A stretch of DNA of 64,000 nt, from positions 608,001 through 672,000 of the forward strand of contig CBDCYI010000009.1 in assembly GCA_965224085.1 (NCBI GenBank), written 5' to 3'. Positions 1 to 10,380 of the stretch are shown one piece after another; the first letter of the stretch is position 1, and each line of letters opens with the position of its first letter. Origin of the DNA: Candidatus Marinacidobacterales bacterium. Lineage in GTDB: Bacteria; Acidobacteriota; Vicinamibacteria; Marinacidobacterales; SMYC01. The notes under the pieces are model-generated. The model saw nothing but the letters and a program-made list of their open reading frames with translations. It was not told where the DNA came from and searched no databases. Both the position numbers and the translations under genes were made by a program.

Positions 1-1100
1 ATTTGAGTTTGGTCACGACAAGCGTCGCATCATCCGCAAAGGGTGTTCCTCGGCGGAACTCGTCGACGCTTCGAAGCAAGCGTTGTTTGATCTCGTTGGC
101 GGTAAGATGGGCGGCCGATACGAGGACACGCTCCATCTTGTTGTAGCCATAAGGCTCGGCCGACGCGTTCATCGCTTCGCTGATGCCGTCGGTGTAGAAG
201 AGCAGCACGTCGCCTGGGGCGAGATCGACGTGGGTCTCCTCGAGAAGTCCAGAAAAGCGGGGCCCCTTCTGCATGCCGATCCCGACTCCACCGGGTTTGA
301 GCCACTCGGTCGTGCCGGTGCGTGCGGAATAGTGAAGAGGGTGGTTATGTCCGGCGCGCGCGAGGACGAGCCCGTTTTTCTGGAAGTCGACAACGCCGAC
401 GACGGCGGTAATGAAATAGTTCTTCTCGATCCGCTCGGAGATGACGTCGTTCATCTCGACGAGCATGTCTTTCGGCCCGATTGAGCCCTTTCCCAACACC
501 TCGAACAAGGCCTGGAGCTTCATCGCGTAGAGTGCCGCCGGGATGCCTTTGCCGGATACGTCGCCCAAGATGACCGTGAAGCGTCGATTGCCCTCGAGTG
601 CGTAATCGTAATAGTCGCCCCCGACGTCGTGGGCCGGCCGGAAGTAACTGGCGACGTCGAGATGCTTGAGCGTCGGGTTCGTGACTGGGTAAAGGCTGAA
701 CTGGATCGCGCGGGCGATCTCGAGCTCGTCCTTCGTGAGGAGCTTTTCCGCGAGCTCGATCGCGAGAAGGACATTGAGGATGAGAAACCCGACCAAGGCG
801 CCCGTCCAATCCGCTTGGACGAAGCCCCAAGTAAAAGCCGCGATAGAGGCGATATAGGCTATTCGGCGGGCGGGGCTGAGCTTTCGCAAAAAAACTGAGA
901 AAAATGGCCTTAGCGTGCGCCGCGTAGCGACCGACGCCCTTTTCCGGGATGGTGGGCGCCTCCGCGTGCCCTTCCTGCTGGTAGAACGAATAGGCCCTTT
1001 GGGTGTCGCGCCGCACCAAAGTATGGATTTCGTCGAAGCCCTTAGCGACGTCGGAGCTCTTGAGCTTTGTGACCCAATCCTTCAGCGGCGGCTCGGACAT
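1..1100 (-). pseudogene. Membrane-anchored PP2C/SpoIIE (RsbU-like) serine phosphatase, frameshifted; stop codon lies beyond the left edge
   Basis: Removing one base from the A7 run at 888-894 joins MSEPPLKDW... to a frame with hydrophobic segments and the motifs DVGGDYYD, ILGDVSGKG, RAGHNHP, FYTDGISEA and DDATLVV. This could be a homopolymer sequencing error. Confidence 0.85.
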
Positions 1101-1248
1101 GACAGGCAGGACTCTAGCATGAGATCCATCTCCCTGATAATGTGTACGCTCGCCCCATCGCGGGAGTTCACCCGGCGGGAATTCTTCGCTAAACTCGTGA
1201 GTAAAGGAGAATTTCCCATCTCGTCCACTTCAGACATCAGAGGCATGC

Positions 1249-2892
1249 ATGATCCCAAACGCGGAGCAACTTAGAGCCATCTCGCAAATGACGAAGGGGG
1301 ATCTCGGAGAGATCCGCTTCCCCGTCCTCCTCCATGCACTCGCCGTGCACACGCGCACGGTGGTTCTCGGCATTGAGCGCCGCCAGCTGAAAAAGGAGAT
1401 CATCCTGGAGAACGGAATCCCCGTGGATTGCCACTCCAATTTATTGCAGGACACACTCGGCAAGTTCATGATCGCCCGAGGGGCCATCAACGACGCTCAG
1501 AACCACGACACGCTCAGCGAGAGCGCGACGGCGGGGAGACCCTTTGCGGACATCCTCGTCGCCGACGGACTCATCAATGCCTCCGAGCTCTACAAGATCC
1601 TTCAGCAGAACCTGGCGAAGAAGCTCCTCGACGCCTTCTCGTGGCGGAGCGGGACGTTCCACGTCTCGGCAAACCTGCCTCCGGTCGACTCCCCGCTGAA
1701 AGTGCGGGCGCCGCAGCTCGTGCTCACGGGGATCTCGAAATTTGCCCCTGAGGACGAAATCGCAGCCGAGATCGAAGCGCTTCGAGGCGAAAAGAAGATC
1801 TTGATCAACCCGCGACCACCTTTTCCCCTCAAGGAGCTTCGTCTGTCGAAGGACCACAAGGAGATTGTGGGGCTCGTCTCCATCGGGAAAACGCTCGACG
1901 AGCTGGAAGCGGAGTCGGGTCTCGAAAAAGCGCGCGTTCTGCGGGCTCTCTATGCCCTTGCCGTCATCGGCGTCGCGCTGCCGGAAGACTGGCTCTTGAC
2001 CGTCGTCGACGCGACCCCCGATATGGATTTTGCCTCCGACGTCGAGGAAAAGTCCGTGGACACGTCGGAGACGCGACCCCCGGGCGAAGACCCCGACGCC
2101 GCCATTACCTCAGCTGTGCAAGCGGCCGAAAAAACGATGACGGCGCAAGATATCGAGACGCTTCGTAACGAGCTCATGGAGGCCTATCTGAGATATCGCA
2201 AACAGGACGCCTTCGACTTGCTCGGTATCGACGCAGAAGCGACGCGGGAGCAAGTTGAGCAAGGCTATCTCGCGTTCAGCGAGCGGTTCGCGCCGTGGAA
2301 GTTCGACCAGCCGGGACTCGAGAACTTTACCGACAAAGCACGCGATCTCTTCATTGCGGGCGGCCAGGCTTTTGGTGAGCTCCAAAACCCCGAAACGCGC
2401 AACTCGCTCGTCGCGCGCCGCAGTAGTGCCTTCGCGAAGCACCAGGCGATCCCCGTAGACGCTCGGAACGCGTTCGCGATCAAATCCAACCTGCTCGATT
2501 CGGAAACGCAGTTCAAAAAAGGGATCAAGCTCATGAAAGCCGGCCAATATGCCGACGCTCTCGAGCAGCTGCAGTTCGCTTATGACTGCGAGCCGCAGAA
2601 TAGCGACTACCGCGCCGAGCTCGCCTTTTGCCGCTACCGTAAGGACCCGGAAATCGAAAAGGCCGACGCCCTTCAAGAGCTCCACGAGACCATTCGCATC
2701 GACCCGGAATGTGGGCTCGCGCTTTGCTACGCAGGGATGATCTTTGGAGAGGCCGGCGAATTCGGCGCGGCGGAGCCGCGGCTTCAAAAAGCCATCAAGC
2801 TCATGCAACCCGATCGGCGGCCCATCGACGCGCTACGCCAGTTCAAAGTCGCGGAGCGGGAACATCCCAAGAAAAAGGGCCGCTTCTTCTGA
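1249..2892 (+). CDS. DUF4388/PATAN-like N-terminal domain plus DnaJ-like domain plus C-terminal TPR protein
   Basis: 547-aa ORF; N-terminal KGDLGEIRFPVLL...AFSWRSGTF; J-like DAFDLLGIDAEAT with HPD degenerated to FAPW; C-terminal TPR helices. Confidence 0.7.
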   Translation: MIPNAEQLRAISQMTKGDLGEIRFPVLLHALAVHTRTVVLGIERRQLKKEIILENGIPVDCHSNLLQDTLGKFMIARGAINDAQNHDTLSESATAGRPFADILVADGLINASELYKILQQNLAKKLLDAFSWRSGTFHVSANLPPVDSPLKVRAPQLVLTGISKFAPEDEIAAEIEALRGEKKILINPRPPFPLKELRLSKDHKEIVGLVSIGKTLDELEAESGLEKARVLRALYALAVIGVALPEDWLLTVVDATPDMDFASDVEEKSVDTSETRPPGEDPDAAITSAVQAAEKTMTAQDIETLRNELMEAYLRYRKQDAFDLLGIDAEATREQVEQGYLAFSERFAPWKFDQPGLENFTDKARDLFIAGGQAFGELQNPETRNSLVARRSSAFAKHQAIPVDARNAFAIKSNLLDSETQFKKGIKLMKAGQYADALEQLQFAYDCEPQNSDYRAELAFCRYRKDPEIEKADALQELHETIRIDPECGLALCYAGMIFGEAGEFGAAEPRLQKAIKLMQPDRRPIDALRQFKVAEREHPKKKGRFF

Positions 2893-2931
2893 CCCGCCTT
2901 CGCCCGCCTTCGCCCTTCGGGCTTCGGCGGC
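2893..2931. repeat. REP-like GC-rich imperfect palindrome directly after a stop codon
   Basis: cccgccttcgcccgccttcgcccttcgggcttcggcggc: tandem ccgccttcgc units followed by a hairpin. Confidence 0.5.
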
Positions 2932-2934
2932 TCC

Positions 2935-3495
2935 ATCTCGAGACGTGATTTCCTGAACGGGGTCGGGGTCGCTCTGACGGGCACCCTCCTCCCCACCTCC
3001 TCGGTCGAAGCGTTTCGCCTCCTGCAGGCGAGCGACGACTACCCTCCCACGCGAACGGGCATGCGCGGCAGCCATCCCGGCTCGTTTGAAATCGCTCACG
3101 ACGTTCGCGACGGGCGAGCCCTCGCCGCCGCGTCGGAGCTTTCCGAGCGTTACGACCTCATCGTTGTCGGCGGCGGTATCAGTGGCTTGTCGGCAGCGCA
3201 TTTCTACCGCAAGCAATTCGGTCCGAGCGCCAAGATCCTTGTCGCGATCGCCGTGAACCGCTGGCCCCACGGCTATGCCTATACCTACAACACGCTGTTC
3301 GATCCCGAGCCGTGGGCTTTTACGACAACATCGGACCGCCCGGCAATCCGCGGGCGTCAGCCGATTGGAAGCCGGATCACGATCGCCAATGCGGACGCAG
3401 CTGCAAGCCCTCACACGCACGCGGCCATCAACGAAGCCTATCGCGCCGTCGCGGAGCTGAAAAGCGCGATTACTAGCGCGCCCCAACCTAATTAG
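2935..3495 (+). pseudogene. Tat-exported FAD-dependent oxidoreductase (spermidine dehydrogenase-like) with a large internal deletion
   Basis: ISRRDFLNG twin-arginine motif, GMRGSHPGSFE and YDLIVVGGGISGL are joined at ~3243 to the C-terminal VNRWPHGYAY...IANADA...AINEAYRAV. No start codon ahead of the Tat motif. Confidence 0.8.
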
Positions 3496-5178
3496 TACCC
3501 GTCCTGACAGGTGTAAGAGGTTGAGAAAAAAGGGGTAATCGCAAATTTAGGGCTAGTCTTCTGAGGGGTTGTCGCTTAGAATCGAAGTCGTCAAAAACAA
3601 GAGTCTAAACGACTTAACTCCAAAGGAGACCAGCCCTAAATGCGAAAAACGATCAACCCACAACCAAGCCTTCGCGAGCCCTGGCTGGAGCTGGAGCACG
3701 CACGCGAACTCGAAACGATATCATCGCTGCTCGATGCCCATCCTAAGCTCAATGAGCTGGTACTGCAAGACCTGAGGTCGGTCACCCCATCGGCAGGGAG
3801 CGATGTTGGTCGTGGGGGAATGAGCGCGGAGCAGGTTCTCCGGGCGTTGTTGGTCAAGCAGCTGAATCAGTTCACCTATCGGGAGTTGGCGTTTCACTTG
3901 GCAGACTCTCGAAGCTATCGGACGTTTTGCCAGCTCGGCATCATAGAGCCGAGCCCGTCGAAGTCGACCCTAGCAGCAAACATCAAAGCCGTGAAGTTCG
4001 AAACGCTGGAGAAAATCAACCGAGAGTTGGTGAGTGTTGCCGAGAAGACCGCGATCGAAAAAGGAAGAAAAGTACGAGTGGACTGAACGGTAGTGGAGTC
4101 GAATATTCATTCTCCTACGGACTCCGAGCTTCTTTATGACTGCGTCCGAGTTCTCACTCGCCTCATGTGCCGAACTCGCGAACTGCTGGGTACAGTAGTG
4201 GTCTTCGGCAATCGAACGCGTCGAGCGAAGAGACGTCGACTGGGAGTTCTAAACGCGAAGGATAAGGAACAAAGGCGTCGCGTCTATCGAGATCTACTGA
4301 AGGTGTCGGAAGAAACCTATCGCTCCGCTCAACGCGTTGCAGACCAGTTGGACGAGTCCGGCTTGACCGAGCCGGTGAAGCGAGCGAGTGCGGAGAAGAT
4401 CGCCGCGGATTTTAAGCACTTTCTCGTCCTCACCGAAAAAGTCATCAACCAAACTCGGCGTAGAGTGATTGATGAAGAGCGTGTGCCTGCGGAGGAAAAG
4501 GTCGTTTCGATCTTCGAAGAACACACCGACATTATTCGCAAAGACCGGCGCGAGACTCTCTACGGTCACAAGGTGTGTTTGACTGGTGGCTCGTCCTCGA
4601 TGATTTTGGATTGCGTGATCTTGGATGGGAATCCGTCCGATTCAACTCTCGCGGAAACCATGATCGACCGTCAAGTCGAACTCTACGAACGGGCCCCGCG
4701 CCAGGTTGCCTACGATGGCGCGTTTTCTTCAAAGGCAAACTTGGAAGCCATCAAAGGCAAGGGAGTTGAAGATGTTGCCTTTACCAAGGCTCACTTCGCG
4801 GTGACCGATATGGTCAAGAGTTCCTGGGTCTATCAACGCCTACGGCGATTTCGCTGCGGAATCGAAGGCGTCATTTCGTTCTTGAAACGAGTCTTTGGTC
4901 TCGACCGATGCACATGGCGCTCATTGCCTTCTTTCAAATCCTACGTATGGAGTTCCATCATCACCTGCAACCTGTTGGTAATGGCAAGGCACCTATTACG
5001 ATAATAATGATTGCTCTTACTGCGTTTATAGCCATGGATTGCTGACGATTCGCCTCTCGTTTCGTCCAAGATTTTCATTCGCTTCCGAGCCTACGAGGTG
5101 CCGACTGAAAACGTATAATACCCACATCTTCGATAGGCCTCTCGTACACCACAAGTTATGGTGTTTCTGGACAGGAAC
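3495..5178 (+). mobile_element. ISNCY-family (ISDol1-like) IS, copy 1, 1684 bp
   Basis: Imperfect terminal inverted repeats (gtacccgtcctgaca / tttctggacaggaac); 6-bp target duplication TAATTA at 3489-3494 and 5179-5184; near-identical to 8203-9886. Confidence 0.9.
3640..5004 (+). pseudogene. DDE transposase with a nonsense mutation
   Basis: Same protein as 8377-9741 except that codon TGC (Cys in RVDCT) is TGA at 4084-4086. Confidence 0.9.
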
Positions 5179-5181
5179 TAA

Positions 5182-5904
5182 TTAAGACCCGAAGCGGAGC
5201 TTGTTCTCCACCGACAACACACCGTGCGTTTGCCGGATGATGGACGCCGCTTTTTGCTTGGCCATTTGGTTCCGTACCACGCCCGTCAGGAGGACCCGCG
5301 AGCGATTGACGATGATGCGGATCGGAGGGTGCGCCATCCCCGCGTAGTCGGAGAACATCGAGTCACGGTAGAGGCGATTGGCGAGCGTTTGCCGCAACCG
5401 GCTGTCTTGCAAGGAATTCGGGAGCACCTCGATCTGGTTGCTGAACTCTTGAATGCCGAGGACGTTGTGCATCCTCTTTTCGATGCCCTCTTTCTTGAAA
5501 GGTTCCGTGACGAACCCCATGATGACGATGCTCCCATCCTTCACGATCGCGTTCGCATCGTCGAAGACGGTTAGGTTCCCGTACCTCCGGATCTGTTTGA
5601 CGACTTCCTGGCCGAGCTTGTTGGCGCTCTCCGCCTGAGCGATCTCGATATCGGCTTCGACGTCCTCGATTTCGGGCTGGGCGAGCGCGACCTCGACAGC
5701 CTTGTTCTTCGCGAACACGTTTCGGACTTGGCCGGTGAGAATCGCGGTGGCTCCCTCGAGCTCAACGTTGAGTTTGATCTTTTCCTTCTTGAAGTCTTTT
5801 TCGATCTGTTTCAGGATCTCGCCCGGGCTACGCTGCGCAACCAGTGACGCAGGCAAAGCGAGGAATAGCAGGGCGACCGTAAGCCTTCTGACCTTGTTCT
5901 TCAT
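5182..5904 (-). CDS. Secreted BON-domain protein
   Basis: Signal peptide; repeated BON-like motifs (ILTGQVRN, VLLTGVVRN...GVLSVENKL). Confidence 0.8.
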   Translation of the reverse strand: MKNKVRRLTVALLFLALPASLVAQRSPGEILKQIEKDFKKEKIKLNVELEGATAILTGQVRNVFAKNKAVEVALAQPEIEDVEADIEIAQAESANKLGQEVVKQIRRYGNLTVFDDANAIVKDGSIVIMGFVTEPFKKEGIEKRMHNVLGIQEFSNQIEVLPNSLQDSRLRQTLANRLYRDSMFSDYAGMAHPPIRIIVNRSRVLLTGVVRNQMAKQKAASIIRQTHGVLSVENKLRFGS

Positions 5905-5930
5905 ACCTATTCTCCCGTGCCGATTGTAGC

Positions 5931-6761
5931 TTATTTGCGCCGCGAGCTCTTCTTCTGGACCTTGGGCGCGAAGTTCTTCCCGAGCCTAGTCTCGAAACCG
6001 GCCGCTTGGCGGTGGCCGCCATTGTGAAACTGGCGCGCGATCTCGGAAACGTCGAAGTCTTCGCGCGAGCGAAGAGACCACTGACGAATCCCGTCGCCGC
6101 GGTCAAAGTAAATGACGACGAAACGCGCCTCGGGATGACGTCGCAAGAGCTCCTCGCCAACTTCGGAGCCGACCACGGCGCCGTTCACGATGGGCACGCG
6201 ATAGCCCGCGAGCTCCTCGAACCGAACCTGGTCACAGAGAAGCGCGACTTGCTCCTGTTGGTAGCGGAGGATCGGCACACCTTCCTTCGCGAGCGCGGAC
6301 ACGTCGAGCCCGCTCCAGACCTCGAAATCCATAGGGTACGAGCTCAAGGCAGCGTATACTTCGCGGCTTTGTGGAAGCTCGTACCGCCAAAGGTCGTGCT
6401 CCATGACGTAGCGAAGAAGTTTAGGTACGGGCTCCTCTGGATGGAAGTGCTCCCAAGCGAGCACCGCGCCGCTCTTACTGTTGTCGAAAACCGCATAGTC
6501 GAGTCCCTCGAGCGCCTCCTCCGCGGTCCGGTGGTGATCGATTACTCGAAGCTCGGCGAAGCGGTTCCGCATGGCGACGATCACCTCTCGCGGATAGCAG
6601 AAGTCAAGAATGTAGACGGAAGAGCCCTTGGGGAGCACCGGTGCCGGAACCCCGTGGCGGACGGGGAGATAGGTTGCCTCGTCGCCGAGCTTGCGCCAGG
6701 CGGCCCAGGCCGCGCCGAAGCCGTCGGCGCAGTTGGCGTGATAGAGAACGGTGTCGGTCAA
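5931..6761 (-). CDS. DHH/DHHA1 phosphoesterase (NrnB-like oligoribonuclease family)
   Basis: Motifs YHANCADGFGAA, ILDF, IDHH, WSLRS and GGHRQAAG. Confidence 0.85.
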   Translation of the reverse strand: MTDTVLYHANCADGFGAAWAAWRKLGDEATYLPVRHGVPAPVLPKGSSVYILDFCYPREVIVAMRNRFAELRVIDHHRTAEEALEGLDYAVFDNSKSGAVLAWEHFHPEEPVPKLLRYVMEHDLWRYELPQSREVYAALSSYPMDFEVWSGLDVSALAKEGVPILRYQQEQVALLCDQVRFEELAGYRVPIVNGAVVGSEVGEELLRRHPEARFVVIYFDRGDGIRQWSLRSREDFDVSEIARQFHNGGHRQAAGFETRLGKNFAPKVQKKSSRRK

Positions 6762-6885
6762 GTCTCTGATCCTATCCCAAGATTTGCCTTCCGATGAACT
6801 CTATTGCTAGAATTACCGCTCTCGCGCCGCTCAATGTTCGGCCCCGCAATGGCTCGGGAAACCCGTTAGCTTTCTATAGGAAATT

Positions 6886-7938
6886 ATGTGTTGTGACATG
6901 AATCGTGGTCTAGCTCTTTTGCTGTCACAGATTCTTCTCGGAACCCTCACCATCGGCTGTAGCGACAATAGTAGCTCGCCCACCAGTCCTTCAAATCCAT
7001 CGTCGGGTGCGCCCACGGATAGCTCCCTCACTGCCCCAGTAGCGCAGTCGCCCGGCTCTGGAGAACAGATCGAGACCGTACAGCCCGAGCTCGTCGTAAA
7101 TAATGCCACCGGCGGCTCCGGAGCTCGGACCTACAGTTTCGAGGTCGCAACGGACAGCGCCTTTCAGCAAAGTGTCGCTTCGGAGAGCGGGTTGATGGAA
7201 GGGCTGGGGGGCATCACAAAATGGCGCGTTCCGGAAGCCCTTGCAGCCAACGCCCGCTTCTTCTGGCGCGCGCGCGCAAGCACGAGCTCCGGCGCGGGCC
7301 CGTTTTCCGGCACCGCGGAGTTCCGCATCAAGGCCGGTTTTACGCGAGACCGAGCTTCCGAAGTCGTGCTATTCGATCCTCTGACGAGCGGCTCGACCGT
7401 CGGGACCTTGATGGGAGGCCAGTTCGTCGCCGGGGGATGGCAACCGCAGATGAACACCGACTGTATCCGCTATCAGTTGCCGACGCTTCGAGAGGGCTTT
7501 CTCGAGTTCGAGACGACCAATGTCAGCTCGCCGAACCCGTTCCCCGGCAAACGCATGCTCGTCAGCATGTGGGATCCGTCGAAAGGCGAATACACGACAA
7601 ACCCGTTTCGTATGCATCTCCAAAAATTGGACCGGAGCACGGTGACTTTTGGGGACGTGCGTCTGCGCTGGATTTCACGCGGCCAGGAAGCGAATACGAA
7701 TATCAGCTTCTTCGACTTCGACCCCTCGATCGTTTATTCGTGGCGCATCGAGTGGGGCAGCTTCCCTGGAATTTCGTCCCAGCACGTGAAAGTGTTTCTC
7801 GAAGGCTTCGAGATCCTCACACGTAACTACGATCGTGCCTATAGCCCGAACCCGCATTGGCTCGAGCTCGGCAACTGTAGTCGCGCGGAAACCCTCGAGC
7901 AGGCCATCTGGTCCAATATCCGAGTCGGCAGCCGCTAA
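6886..7938 (+). CDS. Hypothetical lipoprotein with a Ser/Pro-rich linker, an Ig/FN3-like domain and a beta-rich C-terminal domain
   Basis: Lipobox-like TIGC; SPTSPS linker; YSFEVATDSAF...FFWRARA. Confidence 0.65.
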   Translation: MCCDMNRGLALLLSQILLGTLTIGCSDNSSSPTSPSNPSSGAPTDSSLTAPVAQSPGSGEQIETVQPELVVNNATGGSGARTYSFEVATDSAFQQSVASESGLMEGLGGITKWRVPEALAANARFFWRARASTSSGAGPFSGTAEFRIKAGFTRDRASEVVLFDPLTSGSTVGTLMGGQFVAGGWQPQMNTDCIRYQLPTLREGFLEFETTNVSSPNPFPGKRMLVSMWDPSKGEYTTNPFRMHLQKLDRSTVTFGDVRLRWISRGQEANTNISFFDFDPSIVYSWRIEWGSFPGISSQHVKVFLEGFEILTRNYDRAYSPNPHWLELGNCSRAETLEQAIWSNIRVGSR

Positions 7939-8009
7939 CCTGCTCTATGCCAGGCGAGCGCCTTTGGTCTCTCGCCTGTCGCCAATGAGCTCTGGAACGA
8001 AATCGACAA

Positions 8010-8143
8010 CGGAGGGGCATTTTGTTGTTTTTCCCACCCGCGAAAAGTCGAACCCAGTGGAAGGGCCCGTTGGCTGTCGGGAAGGGCTCGGCGGACTCCT
8101 CCGATACCAATATCGGAACGCCGCAAGTTTCTTGACCCTATGG
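8010..8143 (+). mobile_element. 3'-end remnant of an rve-integrase (IS481/IS3-like) element
   Basis: Encodes PVGCREGLGGLLRYQYRNAA then tttcttgaccctatgg, resembling RERLGGLLRFYHREAA plus gtattttgacctcacgg at 40195-40263. Confidence 0.55.
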
Positions 8144-8202
8144 GTAGAGCAGCGACAGTCGAAAGGTTCGCGCCGTCCGGGCGAGGCGATTCGGTCTACC
8201 TA

Positions 8203-9886
8203 GTTCCTGTCCAGAAACACCATAACTTGTGGTGTACGAGAGGCCTATCGAAGATGTGGGTATTATACGTTTTCAGTCGGCACCTCGTAGGCTCGGAAGC
8301 GAATGAAAATCTTGGACGAAACGAGAGGCGAATCGTCAGCAATCCATGGCTATAAACGCAGTAAGAGTAATCATTATTATCGTAATAGGTGCCTTGCCAT
8401 TACCAACAGGTTGCAGGTGATGATGGAACTCCATACGTAGGATTTGAAAGAAGGCAATGAGCGCCATGTGCATCGGTCGAGACCAAAGACTCGTTTCAAG
8501 AACGAAATGACGCCTTCGATTCCGCAGCGAAATCGCCGTAGGCGTTGATAGACCCAGGAACTCTTGACCATATCGGTCACCGCGAAGTGAGCCTTGGTAA
8601 AGGCAACATCTTCAACTCCCTTGCCTTTGATGGCTTCCAAGTTTGCCTTTGAAGAAAACGCGCCATCGTAGGCAACCTGGCGCGGGGCCCGTTCGTAGAG
8701 TTCGACTTGACGGTCGATCATGGTTTCCGCGAGAGTTGAATCGGACGGATTCCCATCCAAGATCACGCAATCCAAAATCATCGAGGACGAGCCACCAGTC
8801 AAACACACCTTGTGACCGTAGAGAGTCTCGCGCCGGTCTTTGCGAATAATGTCGGTGTGTTCTTCGAAGATCGAAACGACCTTTTCCTCCGCAGGCACAC
8901 GCTCTTCATCAATCACTCTACGCCGAGTTTGGTTGATGACTTTTTCGGTGAGGACGAGAAAGTGCTTAAAATCCGCGGCGATCTTCTCCGCACTCGCTCG
9001 CTTCACCGGCTCGGTCAAGCCGGACTCGTCCAACTGGTCTGCAACGCGTTGAGCGGAGCGATAGGTTTCTTCCGACACCTTCAGTAGATCTCGATAGACG
9101 CGACGCCTTTGTTCCTTATCCTTCGCGTTTAGAACTCCCAGTCGACGTCTCTTCGCTCGACGCGTTCGATTGCCGAAGACCACTACTGTACCCAGCAGTT
9201 CGCGAGTTCGGCACATGAGGCGAGTGAGAACTCGGACGCAGTCATAAAGAAGCTCGGAGTCCGTAGGAGAATGAATATTCGACTCCACTACCGTGCAGTC
9301 CACTCGTACTTTTCTTCCTTTTTCGATCGCGGTCTTCTCGGCAACACTCACCAACTCTCGGTTGATTTTCTCCAGCGTTTCGAACTTCACGGCTTTGATG
9401 TTTGCTGCTAGGGTCGACTTCGACGGGCTCGGCTCTATGATGCCGAGCTGGCAAAACGTCCGATAGCTTCGAGAGTCTGCCAAGTGAAACGCCAGCTCCC
9501 GATAGGTGAACTGATTCAGCTGCTTGACCAACAACGCCCGGAGAACCTGCTCCGCGCTCATTCCCCCACGACCAACATCGCTCCCTGCCGATGGGGTGAC
9601 CGACCTCAGGTCTTGCAGTACCAGCTCATTGAGCTTAGGATGGGCATCGAGCAGCGATGATATCGTTTCGAGCTCGCGTGCGTGCTCCAGCTCCAGCCAG
9701 GGCTCGCGAAGGCTTGGTTGTGGGTTGATCGTTTTTCGCATTTAGGGCTGGTCTCCTTTGGAGTTAAGTCGTTTAGAATCTGCGTTTTTGTCGACTCGAT
9801 ACTAAACGACACTCCCTCAGAAGGCTAGCCCTAAATTTGCGATTACCCCTTTTTTCTCAACCTCTTACACCTGTCAGGACGGGTAC
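8203..9886 (-). mobile_element. ISNCY-family IS, copy 2, 1684 bp, intact
   Basis: Same ends as copy 1 in inverted orientation; target duplication TACCTA at 8197-8202 and 9887-9892. Confidence 0.9.
8377..9741 (-). CDS. ISNCY-family DDE transposase
   Basis: 454-aa ORF inside the inverted repeats; RVDCT, YDGAF and RCGIEGVIS motifs. Confidence 0.88.
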   Translation of the reverse strand: MRKTINPQPSLREPWLELEHARELETISSLLDAHPKLNELVLQDLRSVTPSAGSDVGRGGMSAEQVLRALLVKQLNQFTYRELAFHLADSRSYRTFCQLGIIEPSPSKSTLAANIKAVKFETLEKINRELVSVAEKTAIEKGRKVRVDCTVVESNIHSPTDSELLYDCVRVLTRLMCRTRELLGTVVVFGNRTRRAKRRRLGVLNAKDKEQRRRVYRDLLKVSEETYRSAQRVADQLDESGLTEPVKRASAEKIAADFKHFLVLTEKVINQTRRRVIDEERVPAEEKVVSIFEEHTDIIRKDRRETLYGHKVCLTGGSSSMILDCVILDGNPSDSTLAETMIDRQVELYERAPRQVAYDGAFSSKANLEAIKGKGVEDVAFTKAHFAVTDMVKSSWVYQRLRRFRCGIEGVISFLKRVFGLDRCTWRSLPSFKSYVWSSIITCNLLVMARHLLR

Positions 9887-9893
9887 TACCTAG

Positions 9894-10337
9894 TCACCGG
9901 AGCCCATAAAGGTAGAGGAGCGCTGCATAGCCGCTCGGAAGCGAGATCGGTGGCTCTTCGAGCTCCGCGTAGCGCAACGCCATCTCGAGAAAGAACCGCG
10001 CGTGGAAGAACGCTTCGAGGATAGGGCGCGTGACTGCGGTCCAATCAGCGTTGTCCTCGACCTTGAACGTCTTGTGCGTTCCCAGCGCGACGATCTCGGT
10101 GAACCAAGCGTTCAGCTCGCACTTTGGAGAAAGGCCTTGAAGCGCACTCACGATCGCGACCGTTTTTTCCTGAAGCGCGTAAACTTTGAATCTCTGGTGA
10201 TAGAAGCGGTAGACGGGATCCTCGTAGCACCAATGGTCGTTGCACTTGTCGAGCAGCGACTCTAGCTCGGGACGCTTCCGTCACAGGTTCTGAAGCAGAG
10301 CCCGCTCGACGGGTCGGTCGGACTTGCCCGCGGCCAT
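9894..10337 (-). pseudogene. Hypothetical protein with a premature stop
   Basis: ATG at 10337; in-frame TGA at 10281-10283; the frame continues ...HWCYEDPVYRFYHQRFKVY... into the 9894-10151 ORF. Confidence 0.6.
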
Positions 10338-10380
10338 CGGTGCTTCTCACTGACCGACTTCAATCGACGCTAGAGCGCTC

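Noticed and set aside
4084-4086. TGA as selenocysteine or recoding in the transposase
   Set aside because: The sister copy has TGC and no SECIS-like hairpin is evident; a simple nonsense mutation suffices.
3495-9886. Composite transposon formed by the two inverted ISNCY copies
   Set aside because: Each copy has its own distinct 6-bp duplication, so they are independent insertions.
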